64,000 nt of DNA, from the NCBI RefSeq assembly GCF_000143415.4, contig NW_003314287.1, positions 1,509,514 through 1,573,513 on the forward strand, given 5' to 3'. Numbering within the stretch: position 1 is the stretch's first letter; every line of letters begins with the position of its first letter. The translations under genes and the position numbers were made by a program. The notes beneath the pieces are model-generated. The model was not told the DNA's origin. It ran no database searches and saw nothing but the letters and a program-made list of their open reading frames with translations. This document shows positions 24,239-37,100 of the stretch, in pieces. This DNA comes from Selaginella moellendorffii (taxonomy: Eukaryota; Plantae; Lycopodiophyta).

Positions 24239-24875
24239 GAATGATTGACACACACAAGAGATTCACGAGGAGAGGCTTGCTTTATATTCTTTCGCAATAA
24301 GATCCCCCGAGAACTTTGGAAGAACACGAAGAAGAAAACACACACACACACACCCAAGGTTGGTCTGTTCGTTCGTTTTGTTCCCCCGAATTGGTGGAGC
24401 AACAAAGAAATCCCTGTAGCATAAACTTTCTTCTTTTCTTCTCCTGCTCCATCATAAGCTAGTCTTTTTCTCTGTATTTTTTCTTCCTGTTGGATCCAAG
24501 TTTTGATGATAAAAAAAAAGAGATTTTTTTTGCTCTGGTTTCTCCGCCGAGAAGAAGAAAAAAAGAAAAAGAAATCTTTCAGGAGAGAAAGAACTTAGCT
24601 TAGCTTTTGATGCATTGATTTCATCCAGTCCAACAACGAGCGAGACTTTTTTGCCTCCACGTCGTTCGTGGTGGTGATGGAATTGAAGTTGTTTCTTCCA
24701 CCTTGATTGATTATTTATGCCATGCGCAGTCCTGGTACCTGAATCCTGATAGATAGATAGACGAGTCACTTCTTCCGTCAGGAAACATATTAAAGAGACT
24801 GGCAGTAGAATTGATTGGTACCTGAGAGGAAAGTGTGAGCTTGCCACGCCTCGCTCGCTCGCTCGCTACGTTTTC

Positions 24876-25916
24876 TTACTCGGACGACTTCTTGAGGAAA
24901 CCGGCCTCTTCATCCTCCTCCTCCTCCTCGGCCTCCTCTTCCTTGTCCCCCAAACTCTCCATCGGCTTGGACACCACCACCTCGGATGGCTGGCTACTCG
25001 GCTTCGGCATGGCCGTCGACTGCTGGTACAAAACCCCGCCAACAATCGTGAGCAGCAAGAACAAGATCCCGACGGTGCTGGCGTGCTTGTCCCAGATGAG
25101 CACGTTGATAATCACCGTGAGCAGCTTGTTCACCACCCCGGTGACTGTAAATGCGGTGGCCGAGATGGCCTTCCTGGCCGCGAAACCGAAGAAGCTGATG
25201 GCCAGGCCAAAAACGCACGAGAGCGCCACCGAGAAGACGGCCTGGAACTGGAACAGGCTCTCCCAACTCGCCCGGGCCACGTCCGAGTACTCCCCCGTGA
25301 CGATCCAGAAGAATGGAGCCATGGCGAGCGAGAGGAGATTGTTGTAGTAGACGAAGCCCCAGGTGTTGAGCCCCAGGTTGGTGACCATATGCTTGATGTA
25401 CACCATCTCGGTGGTGATGGTGACGAGGTAGGCGGCGGCCCACGAGTAGGCGGTGACCGAGAAGGCCGAGTCGGTGAGCACGTAGCCGATGGCGCCGCCG
25501 AGGATGACGAGCAGCGCCGCGAGCGTGTAGCGCGAGGGGAACTGCTGGCGGCGGAAGAAGGTGTCGGCGATGGCGACGAGGAGCGGCGTGGAGGAGCGGA
25601 AGACGATGAAGGTGTCGACGTTGGCGTGCTTGAGGAGGTGCGTGTTGGTGAAGATGGCGAGGTAGAAGACGAGCGCGGCGGGGAGGAAGCGCTTGACGGT
25701 GTCCCAGGCGAGCGCGTCGTGGTGGAGGAGGCCGGCCAGGCCCAGGAGGTGGACGCCGCCGGCGCTGGTGAGGTACTGGAGCGCCGTGAGGAGGCTAGGG
25801 TATGGGAAGTAGGTCACGGCGTACTTGTTGATCACCGCCAGGAGGCTCGAGCACAGCGCGTAGCCCAGCACCAGCAGCGCCGTCGTCGACAGGACCGCGC
25901 CGCTGTTCTTCATCAT
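24876..25916 (-). CDS. GFT1: Golgi GDP-fucose transporter 1 (GONST4-like), intronless
   Basis: GYALCSSLLAVINK, ANVDTFIVFRS, LNTWGFVYYNNLLSL, SATAFTVTGVVNK (GxxNK GDP-sugar motif). Confidence 0.88.
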   Translation of the reverse strand: MMKNSGAVLSTTALLVLGYALCSSLLAVINKYAVTYFPYPSLLTALQYLTSAGGVHLLGLAGLLHHDALAWDTVKRFLPAALVFYLAIFTNTHLLKHANVDTFIVFRSSTPLLVAIADTFFRRQQFPSRYTLAALLVILGGAIGYVLTDSAFSVTAYSWAAAYLVTITTEMVYIKHMVTNLGLNTWGFVYYNNLLSLAMAPFFWIVTGEYSDVARASWESLFQFQAVFSVALSCVFGLAISFFGFAARKAISATAFTVTGVVNKLLTVIINVLIWDKHASTVGILFLLLTIVGGVLYQQSTAMPKPSSQPSEVVVSKPMESLGDKEEEAEEEEEDEEAGFLKKSSE

Positions 25917-26196
25917 CGCGCCGCGCCTCTCCTCTCGCCGCCGTCCCCTACCTGGTGCCGTGTAACCTCCACCAAGCGCGCGCGCGAGATCCGCCGATCC
26001 GGGAGAGCTGAAAGAGATCGAATCGATCGCCTAGCCCCCGCCGGTCGCGAATCCGGAGGGAAATCTCTAGATCTCGGCGCCGCGCCGTGAGTGTCGTGCG
26101 CGCGAGGAACTCGCGGCTCCAACAAGAAATCGCTGCTACTTTCAAACTGAAAGACAATGTAGGTTTTCTTACTTTTTTGATTTTCTCGTTGGCGGG

Positions 26197-26329
26197 GAAT
26201 ATGCTCCAAGCCGCCATGGCATATTCCTATAGCGGTAGAATATCCTATCATATACTAGAATATACCCCCTCGAGAGTATATTCTAGGCGCGGTAGAATAT
26301 CTTAAATAATATTCCCCTGGGGTATATTC
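26197..26329. promoter_or_regulatory. Array of 6 perfect plus 3 near-perfect P1BS (GNATATNC) elements in the divergent GFT1/CBSX5 promoter
   Basis: GAATATGC 26197, GCATATTC 26219, GAATATCC 26238, GAATATAC 26258, GTATATTC 26276, GTATATTC 26322; one-mismatch copies at 26248, 26295 and 26307. Confidence 0.8.
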
Positions 26330-26375
26330 TTCGAAATGAAGATCATCATCCTTTTTGGAGCCCTTTGGCGTGTGG

Positions 26376-27789
26376 ATGACGCAATTTCTGGAATCGTTCG
26401 AGGTGTTCGATCTCGCGCTGGGTAAGCCGCCGCTCCACTGCCTCCCCTGCAATGCGAGCGTCGGGGACGCCATTGCGATGGCGCGGGAGCTGGGAGTGGC
26501 GGAGATTAGCGTGTGGGACGCCAATCTCGCCAATTGCCTGGGCGTGGTCAACAATCTCGACGTCCTCTGCTTCCTCGCCGCGGATCACACCCTGCTGTGC
26601 GATCTGGAGGCCGCGCTCGCGCGTCCAATCGCCGGGCTGGTGCACAGGAGCTGGATCCAGCGCGTGGATCTCCACGAAAGGTACTTTTATCTATTTGGTA
26701 GATAGAGTATTTCTTCTTCTTCTACATGGATTGGACGTTCTACTATCGTGTAGACTGTCCAAGGCGCTGGAGCTCGTGATCAAGGGCGTGCAGTACCTCA
26801 TTGTCCCTCTCCCCAAGAGATCTCGATCCACTCGCGCGATGGAGTTCGAGAGGAACAGTAGCAGCGCATCCTCGCGCTGGCCTTGCAAGGAAGTGTGCTG
26901 GATCAGCCAGGAGGCCGTGATGCGCTTCCTCATGAGCTGCATAGCCGCGTTTTGCCCGCTTCCACTCTTCACCATCGAGGAGCTCGGGATCATCAACCGC
27001 AGCTTCGCCTCCATCCAGCACGAGGCCCCCGCGATCGAGGCGATCCAGATCATCCACCAGGCCTCCCAGGCGATGAGCGCAGTGGCAATCGTCGTCCCGG
27101 CAACTCCATCACCATCTCCTTCGTCGGCGTCTTCCACTACCGAGAACCAGAGGAAGCTCAAGCTGCTGGGCGATATCTCGTCGTCCACGCTCCGCCGCCA
27201 CGACGAGAATTTCGCCGCCGTCGCCGCGGCTCTCGCCACACTCTCCGCCGCCGACTTCCTCTCGTACGTCCGCGGAAGCAACAAGCGTAGCTCCAAGATC
27301 CTGGGAAAGTTGATCGAAACTCGTCTCGCTCAAAAGGTGGCGGCGGCGGCGGCGGTGGCGGTGGCGGACGAAGATCAAGTTGCAGGAAAACCCCCAACGC
27401 CGCTGGATTCCTGCGAGGAGTCCTCGGACTCGGAGCAGGACTCCCATAGATCTGGAGGACTGACTTCGAGCTTCCAAAACTCTGGGAGCCGCGGCTGCCT
27501 GACGTGCCGGCCGTGGAGCTCGCTGGCGGCGGTCATGGCGCAAGCACTGTCGCACCAATGCGGCTACATCTGGGTGACGGAGTCAGAGAGCGAGAACACG
27601 GTGGTGGGGATTGTGACTTACGTTGATATGATCCGTGTGCTCGTCAAGAAGCTGGAAAAGGTGGGGCGCCTTGGATCCAGCCAGAAATTGTTCTCGTCGA
27701 CGCCAAAGCTGGTCACGCGGCCGGATCAAAGCAGCCAGCAGCCACCACTCGTTCTGCCCGCCGACCACTTGAAGAGCAAGCATTCGTGA
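26376..27789 (+). CDS. CBS domain-containing protein CBSX5-like (SnRK1 gamma-related), 2 exons
   Basis: MTQFLESFEVFDLALGKPPL...ISVWD...DVLCFLA|LSKALELVIKGVQYLIVPL...CWISQEAVMRFL...AALATLSAADF...CRPWSSLAAVMAQALSH...VGIVTYVDM. Confidence 0.88.
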
Positions 27790-28173
27790 AAAAGAGGAGC
27801 TGTATACATTTGTGCGTGTGTATATCTTGTTCGTTCGCTATAAATTTGACAAAGGTTTCAGTAATATCATCTGGAGGAACTATGTATACCTGTGTCGACT
27901 GTCAAAATGTCGGCGATACAATTGCCAAAAGGCCTGTGCATACGAAAACGGAAATTGATGATATCGGGAAAAATAGAGAAAAATAGAGAGAGGGAAAAGG
28001 CTAACCTGGTATTGTCCTGCGAAGAGACTAGCTGTGCCTTGTACCTACGCATGTGGGCAAGTTCCTTTCGGCTAAGAACTGACAAGCATCGAGAAGCTTG
28101 ACTTTGTCTTCTTCTTCTTCTTCTTCCACAAATGGACCAACTTTGAGCTCTCTGTCTCGTTTTTCATTTACAG

Positions 28174-31100
28174 CTATGATGCCGAGTGTTGCATCAACTC
28201 GAACCACTGTCAATTCCAAGAGTTAAAGAGTATATTTGCCGTACAAAGAGGCGTACCTGTCTTAACAAATCTGCCAGTGTCCGGGGGAGTGCCTCAATAT
28301 CCTTTAGAATGACGTAGTAGGGGAATGGGAAGGTGTCCAGGTATTTTGAGAACATCGGTGCTCCATTTGCGAACGTAACAGACTGCATCACAATTGTGGT
28401 CATTGTATTGAAAGGACTCGTACAATACCTGCATGTCCAAGAGAGATTCTTGGGGATTATCCAGGACCAGGAAAGCTAACAGCTGCCTTCTGCTCAGCGC
28501 GTCGCGGACACATCGCCTGAGGCTTTCCTGCAGAAAACACGAGAGTGAGCTGAGGCAACACGTTCGGTGGAATTGACGGACCTTTTCGTGAAACCGGCCA
28601 TCAGCTATGACCAGAACCAGCTGCTGCAAATCCCTTTGCCCAGCCGGTGCATACCGAGTCGCCACCACGTTCAAGAAACGTGTAAGGTACTGCAGCAAAT
28701 CGACCATTGGCTCATCTGATATTGTGTTGTCCTGGCGAAACGAAAACTCCGATATAATCTGGTTCAAAAAGCCAACACCAAAACATTAGACCATGAGAAA
28801 ACCATAAGATTGTAAAATAAGTACCTTGACTGCTGCTTCAGTTGAGAAAGGCTGATCCAAATCATGCAAAAGACGAACATTTCCTTTCTTCCCGAAGCTG
28901 GCCACGGCCATTTGGCCGACCTCCAGTTGCGTCATTCCTCTACATATTGTAAGCAGCGCCTCCAGAGCCATGTGTCCGCAGTGGCTCTCCGACATGCTCC
29001 GAGAGTCATCTAGAGCAACGACGACCTGGTACTGCCGCTTGTTGGGCTTTGTTCGTCGCAGCCATATCTTATCTTTCCTGAACTCACTTGCTACAAACGG
29101 TATAATCTGAAAAATCAAGTATTCAAGGTTTAGTACAGGATCAAGACAATCTGTCACTCACCTTCTTCATGTTTAAGCGTTTGCCCGATTTGTAGTCACC
29201 CTGGAGTCTTGAGGCCAGCGTCGGCTCCAGTATCAAGCGGAGCTGCTCAGCTAGATCTTGAGACAGTCGGCCCGTCAGTTGCTCGTATTTTTGCCAAACT
29301 TTTCTTGCACTCTCCACGTCATTGATGCCTGCTATCACTTCCGTCTCCAACTCTTGCCGAATGACTTGAGTATCGTCGTTCCACATCGAATTCTTTTGAA
29401 AGTTTTCGGGCCTTTCAAAAGAGATGAAACTTCCATCAGCGTGGAATTCTTCTTCGTCACGTGCTGCCGCCATCACCTCCTCTGATTCAGGAGCCTCTTG
29501 TCGTTCTGATGGTTTCTTCGTTGTATACGCTGTTTTGTCGTCCACGTCCATCATCTCCGTCAGTGTCTGCTGAGGTTGCTTGGAAGGACGGTACTCGTCG
29601 AGGGGAATGTTCTCTTCTTCCATGATCTCGTCGCTCTCATGCATCATTTTGCTGAAGTCGTCAGAGAGCTTCATCTGTTCGTCGGTTGCCGCACCCATTG
29701 CTTGTGCATTGCTCTTCTCGTCGTTTGAAACGTACTTGTAGGTGTCATCCTCACAGGTCTCCTCTGGTACGTCCATTTGGAGAGAATTATCAGCTTCTTT
29801 ATCTTGTTCGTCTTCCACCATCCTGGCCCTCTGCTGCCATTTCTTTAGAGCACTGCCAAGACTTCTGTAGGGATTAGCATCGAGCCTACTGAGGTCTTCA
29901 TTTTTTTCGGACTCTGTCGGCAAGCTGGAAGAAGAAGCATAGTTTTCACTGCTGGCTGCCCCGGCACTTGGAGCTGCTTCGTTTTGCTGCTCGTGATTGT
30001 TGTCCCCTGCAGAAGGTTCCTCCCTCTTTGTACCATCCTCGAGGCTTTTTGACAAAGGATTATTTTTCGCCTCTGTCGCAACGCCGTATGCCATGGCACT
30101 TTTGTTGTCGGCGGCAGCATTTTCCGCATCGTCCATGTTTGTGTCCAGGTTCTCAAGTTGAGAATCATGTTGTTTTTCCTCGGCACTGGAAGGCTCCGCT
30201 TGCTTGCTTTCGTCTGTTCCAGCGGGTTCCTCAGTTTTGTCAACTTCTGCTTCTTTAGCTCCATCGTTTCCTGTTCCATTCTCGTCATCGTCGGACTCTT
30301 CTTCTACTTTATCCAGGTCCATGTCCTCTGGTAAGGAATCGTTGACGCCATTATTCGTTTGCTCTTCCTCCATGCTTGGAGCACCTTCCTCATGGTTAGC
30401 ATCTTGTTCCTGTTCGGCCGGGATTTCCTCTTCCATAACATCTATTTCTGCAGGTGATGGTTGTATGCCACTGGGATCTTCAAATGCGCTGTCTTCCGGA
30501 AAGTCTTCTTTATCCTCGGTATGATTCTCCTTGTCCTCGGACTCAACCCGTGATTCCTTGTCTATCGGCTTCTTTTCGTCCAAGTCTTCCTCCTTGTCTT
30601 CTGACGAATCTTCGTTCTTACCCCGTAACTCCAAATCGTCATAACCTGCGTCTTTAACAGACTGTCCCTGCTCAACTGACTCCGTTCCCTCCCGAGACTC
30701 GTCTTCCTTGTCCCACATCTTCTCATCAACCACCTCTTCATTTTCACCTTGTTCTCCCATTTTTGATTCCAGCTTTTCATCACCATCTTCATCTCCGTCG
30801 CTTTCGTTTGACTCGTCTTCACTAACGTCAAACATTTCTCCGTTGAAGTCTTCCTCCATTTCGATTCCTTTGTCAAGCTTCTCATTATCCTTGCGATCCG
30901 TGGGAGCATCCTGCCCAAATAGAAAAACGTTGAAACAACACTCAGTAAGAAAAAGACTTCACCTCGCTTCCAAGGAGTTGTTGCTCGTCTTCTATTTGTT
31001 CACTGACGTCTTTTGTTCCTTGGCCTTCTCCCATACCGGTCCCTTCAGCGGCCTGAAACTTCTCTGATTCTTCGCCATCTTCCTCACGAGCTCCACAAAA

Positions 31101-34100
31101 CCCTTCACGATTCAGTTGACTTAGCACACTTAAAATTATGTAGCCCAGCTTTGCAGTCTGCATGAAGCATTGATTAACCCACAACCAAGAAAAATCTTTT
31201 AGACGTACCGCTTTATGTAACTCGATATAATCACACAGCACTGTTGCACCCGCGGGAACCAGTAACTTCAGAAGTAAGGACAAGGAGCGTACAAAATTTA
31301 CGAAAGGAAGCCCCAACTCATCTAGTCCATCGTCCAAAAGCTTCACCTGTAAAAAGAAATAGTAACAAGTTCCAAATACTTGAAGCTTACCACATGATTA
31401 ATCGTGCCCACCGAAGATTTATATATTTGATCAAGGCGTAGAGCCGCCACCGATTCTTCCAGTAGCGATTCAAACGTATGGACGGTATTCTCGGCTGGCA
31501 ATGAAGCATCTGCCAGGCTTTGAACCTTTTGGCCCGCAAGCCGAACTTGAGAAAGAGCTTCATCATATCGTGATGCAATGCTGGCTACTCCATTTTCGGA
31601 GGGTGGGCATGTTTTAGCAGCAGGACGCACCTTGGACACTTCCACGCCCTGCGAAAAGATTGTTGGATTAAGAAATAAAACTCGAAATGCTTACTTTCTG
31701 AAGCAGCTGTTGAGCTGGTGTGAGCAAAATATTGACAGGACCATCTCCATGAGAATTCTCCGATATCAGCATGCTGATTGTACGCTCCGTTTCATCAATA
31801 ACCTTAAAGTTATTATGAACGATTTCAGACATGTCTCTGGTAATAATAAGGAGACTATCATCTCCTTTCGCCACATAAGTTCCAAGAACAAGTTGTTTAT
31901 CGAGTACAGCCTGAGCATTACAATGTTAATAACTTTCAAGTAGATCAGATGAGACGCTACCTTGCAAGTTTGAAGTTTTTCCAAACAAGCTTTGAGCTTG
32001 ACACTGAAAACATCTGCTTCAGGTTTCGCTGCGGATTCAACCTTTTGTACAGTATCAAAGAAAAGCTTTAATTCTGCAAACTGCTGACAAATTTCATCAA
32101 GTAAACTCTGCAACAAAAAGACAATGTCAGCAACAGATGGAGAGAACGTAATCCACCTTTTGCTGCCACATAAGGTGGCGTGTAGATCCCTGCTTTGGTA
32201 ATGGCTCGGCATCTAAGCATTAAAAAAATGAGATGGATTTCAAAACTGTAAAATTTGAATGCATACCAAGAATTTCCAGTTGTCTGATAAGTTCAGCGAC
32301 TGCAGCTAGGCTAGAAGAGAACTCATGTATTTTCCGCCGCTGTTTTTGTTGCAAATAAAGCATATACTCCATGTAACGAATGAATTTATCAACCTAGTGA
32401 ATGCAATTTATAAAGGATATCATCAAAATAGAAACAAACGTACCTCTGCGTGGTCAAGGTCTTCGTGGCATTTTGAGCTTTTGATCGCCAGTAACAGAGC
32501 AATATTATCAAAGTAGTAATCCTTTGCTCGCTCCCAAACTGGCAACGAACTTTGTCTCAAAAGTGACGCAATATTACTCCGGTCCGCAGCTCCTAAACTG
32601 TCACGTGTTAGCGTGCTAAGCTCGGCTACGGGCTGTTGAAACCAGTTTTCAATCCCACGCATATCCTGCGAGCACAGAAGATGAGCACGGAAAATGAGCC
32701 AAAAAGATTACCTTTGGCACTTCAGACTTATACTGAGATATGCCTAAGTCCTTAAGGCTTTTTCGAAGATCAACAAGCGCCTTCTTCTTCAGAGCGCGGC
32801 TTTTATTCTCCTGACTCAATTCGGTGGATCGAGATATAACTGCGACGGCTAACGCATCCAGTAACGCCGGTCCAGTTTGCCTCATTTCACGTGCTGAATT
32901 TTCAAAAAAGCAGCTGGACAACAGTGGCCCGAGTTTTCGAGCAGTATTTAGCATCTTTGTCTCGAATACACCATCACCTACAAAAACGATTAAGGTAACG
33001 GTGATGAATGTCATAGGACTACCTTTCGAAATGGACATCATGGTGCCAACAGTGCTTGAGCAAAATTGCGTCCAGTTTTTCTCCAGAGAGAACCTACGGC
33101 AGCGATCATTTTGAGTGCTTTAGAAATTGTAGAACTTACGGCTCTGATAAAGCATCCTCGTTAATTTTCCTACTAGATCGATCCTCTACACGCTTGCTCT
33201 TGCATAAATCAATAACAGGGCGTTTAAGAAAATCCTGTCACAGGAAAATGTTAATCGAGCTTAAATGAAACAGACTTCAAACCTCGTATTTTCGAATGAT
33301 CTTATGCAGCTTCCTGTGAGACCTTTCTGCCGTGGAAACTACTGAATGGTAATTGTAGTCTTCCCACTTCGCGAGTCGAGCAAAGTCGGCCAGTTCTTTT
33401 GAAAACGGCTCTTTTCCAGAGCTCAGTGCATCTTGAACTCTGAATAACCACTGTAAGCGAAACCAAATGTCAAAAAGTTCTTACGCTGGTATCCATCGCG
33501 AATAATAATGTAGCAAATTGTACAAAGTAAATGACAGCCTTTCGTGGATATAACTGAACAAGAGAGATATCTATAAAGAAACTGAAACACAAGAAAAGTA
33601 CCTGATGCGAGAAAAGAACGCAAATTCAAGATAAAACGCCTCAATGAGCCCCAAGCGACATTGAAACTCGCCTATCGGGCAGGATAGCAAAAACTCTTCG
33701 CAGCTGAAATATTGCATGTAAGAAAGCGTCCAGGAAACTAGAAAACAGACCTTTCAATAATCGTTTTCACCTGTAAGCCTTCACCTTGATGAAGTAAATC
33801 GTAAAAAGAAAACCACATCTGCACAACGAAGAATTAAGTATTTACAAGTGTAAAGCTACGAAACTTAATCACCTGCTTCGCATTTGCTTCCTGCTGCCGA
33901 TCCACATTTTCTAATAACTGCGGCCAGCTTTCAAGCTCCATTCGTCTCCATTGCAATACAAGCTTGGAAACTTGTGTCAACACCTCTACAAGAAGATTTT
34001 ACAAGAGGATTACGACCTTAAGGCAGGAAAAAGAAATTTACCAGCCAAAGAAAACTGCTTTGAAGCACTCTGCTCCCAAACTTGAGATTTGGCAAGGACC

Positions 34101-37100
34101 AGTTCCAACCCTGAAACCGCCTGATAAAGACGAAACAATTAATTTGTTTGGGAATGGAAAAAACGAAGGCGTACCTTGACAATTGGAGAAGACGCAGGAA
34201 TGGAAAGCAGCGACTCCACGAATTGCATAACTTGAAGTAGCACTGGATGCTCAGGCCATTCTTCCAATAGAATATGGATCCGCCGTGCTAGATTTTCAAT
34301 CGGTCCAAGCATTTTCGAAAGCTCAGAGGGAAATGCGTCCTGTAAAACTCGTCGAGATTGAAAAGAAGAAACCATCGTAGGCAAGTTACCTTGTAAATAT
34401 TAAAGTTGTCGATGGTTTTATTCGAGAAGTTCCCGTGTTCCAGGCTTAATTTTACCAAATGAGCTGGATACAGAAGCGTATCGAGGAACTGAGGTACAGC
34501 ATGTCCGATTCCTGTTACACACACATTATGCGAGCGTCAAAAAAGGCCATGTACAAAAACTGTAAACTAACCTTCTAAAATGCATCTGCCACTGTTGTAG
34601 GAGATTAAAAACTCTGTCATCCGATCGTCATCAGAAACACTTTTATTTATCTGCACAAGAAAAATATCAAACAAAGGATTATGAATAAACCCGATTCAAA
34701 CCTCCAGTTTGGAAAAAATACGCTGGTACATCCAGAGAACTTTTTTCAACATTTCGTCCTGGAGGTAGGCTAGCTTCGCTTTAAAAGCCGCATCGGATTC
34801 ATGGTCATTACTAGGAACCAGTTTCTGGACCTATAAGTGAAATTTGTTAAAACACAAACTGTCACAACCTGTAGCTTACCTCATATCCATCCGAAACTTC
34901 ATCCAAGTTTTCCACAGACCAATACGATGGAAAGAGCTCCTTAAATGTTGCTTCATCCTCCTCCGGCTCTCCACCTAAACTTACGAAGCGAATTTGGTCC
35001 GAATCCTCCGTATCATTCGCTTTCCGAAATGCACGTATTTGTTTCCATATTCCTATGATTGAGTTTACCAAATCTTGAAGAAGCTGAAAGCGAACAATTC
35101 AGTAACGTAGGTTTTGACAAAGAAACTGACCTTCATATGGCTGTCTGTAATAGTCCTCGAATGCACGAACTCACGTGTAAGGCGTGAGAGTGCACACAAG
35201 AGGACAGAAACTTTAAGTTCTAGCTCCGAAGACTGTACCAGAAACATGAATAACGTTGCGACATAAGAACAGCTACAAACCTTAGGATCAGACTTGAAAC
35301 GGATCGCCTTCTCAATCAATTTCTCCACGGAATGGTCCGTTAGCTCGCCTACAACGTCCAGAGCAGGCACCAAACTGTCTGGCCGCGGGATAGACGGAAA
35401 GCACATAAGAGAGCATACAGCGTTCTGCAAACACAGTTTTAGCAACAAAAGAAAGAGAGAAATTTTTACGTACGGTGCAAGTGTCCAAGTCTCCACGCTT
35501 TTCAAATACACGACCATTCTCATAAGCTACACTGTGAAGGGATAGACCATATTTCAACTCGTATATGCCCAACTGAAATGGTTGAATAACGTCTCGGTAA
35601 GAGTTGAACCGAGTTGAGAGCTGCCGAATAAAACTTGTGGCATTGTCCTGCCAGGCAGTGATTCCCTTCACCGCCATTTCTGCATCCATGCCATGAGCCA
35701 GCGCCTCAACAAACATGTTAATTCTGGCGAGACTTCCGACCGACTGCATAAAGTGCCCAGCCTCTTTGATGAACTCATAAAATTGAGGAGGCGATGGACG
35801 AGAAACGAGCTGTAAAAAACATGATGTTAGACTGAAATAGCAAGAAAAGCTAGGAATTTTCAGACCTTGGACTTTAGTTTCTCCACGTTCTCCTCGATAT
35901 TCTTTTGCTTGTTGACCAACATTTTCATTGTCGCTCCGTTGTCTTTGCCGCCTCTGACATATAAGTTGCTCTCGTTCCTCACCTGCACTAGTATATATGA
36001 ATTACCATCCCAGTCTTTCGTAAATGACAGACCTGTATTTCAATGTTGACGATCTTCAGTTTGTCAGACAAAATTTGATGTTTGTATAAGTATTTCGCCA
36101 TGGGATCGACTCCGTAACCAAGCATTAACAACTCCAATCGCATTCTTCCAACAAGTAGCCACACTTGACCGAGTCTGACCAAACGGTCTGAAACACAAAC
36201 ATGTAAGTCGCAAATGCATGTTTTTTGAAATACTACCGTAGTAAGCCAGTTGATGCCAATGAGTGGAATACATCTGCTTGATGCATGGTACCATTAGCTC
36301 TTGTACGAGATTATGCAGCTCTGGATCCTGTGGGATCTGAAGCAGCTTCATTAAGTCGTTCGTATTTTCTGTAGGAGGTTCGTGATTCTGTAAAGCTGAA
36401 ATGAATACTTGACATTGTCTAGAAGGTTTTTACCTCTTGGATGTGAGCATGAAGAGCGGAAAGAAGCGGAAAAATCAAGTCCATTTGTGGAAATAACTTC
36501 TTATGGGAATACATAACCTGAAAGTTTACTGTGGATATAGTACTGCAAACAATTTTCATATACCTGTTGTATAACAGCGCTAAGGTATGATAGATCAGCG
36601 GTTACGGGGTCTGAAATAGAAGAATATGAAGAAAACCAGGACCTTTCTAGCCCAATTTTCAATTGATACAATTTAGCATGATACTCTTTCACTTTTGCAT
36701 AACCATCACTACAAAAAATACAAACGTGAGCACCTATCAAGAGCAATGCAAACGCGCTTACGTTACAGAAGCAGCAAAAATTGTTTCTGAAGGCCGAAAA
36801 CGGAGGGACGCGCCAGCTTTTAAGGATGAATCGTTCCATAAGTTTGTGTGCCAGTTGAAAACCATCTCGTGCGTATAATGGCTAACACTCGCCGCTGTGG
36901 TCTAACGTAAGAGTCGCGAAAATATTAAACAAGATAATACCAGATGCATTCGAAGGATCAGAATCCAGCAGCCACATAACGTGCTGGTGTGGAACAAAGT
37001 CCACAGAAGGTCTTGACAAGACTTTCATGGAAAACGATACGACATGATGTAGAAGCTTGCTCTGTAGCCCCTGAAAATGAGAAGGCCCAATAAAAACGTT

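Noticed and set aside
25083-26090. 335-aa plus-strand ORF
   Set aside because: Codon-mirror of the high-GC3 GFT1 CDS.
26197-26329. Repeat array as CRISPR-like or miRNA hairpin
   Set aside because: Eukaryotic context, 8-bp units and an 11-bp stem; fully explained by palindromic P1BS motifs.
32412-32420. U12-like ATATCCTT on the minus strand in MDN1 (similar one near 3344 in RH7)
   Set aside because: Lies inside ordinary GT-AG introns, not at an exon boundary.
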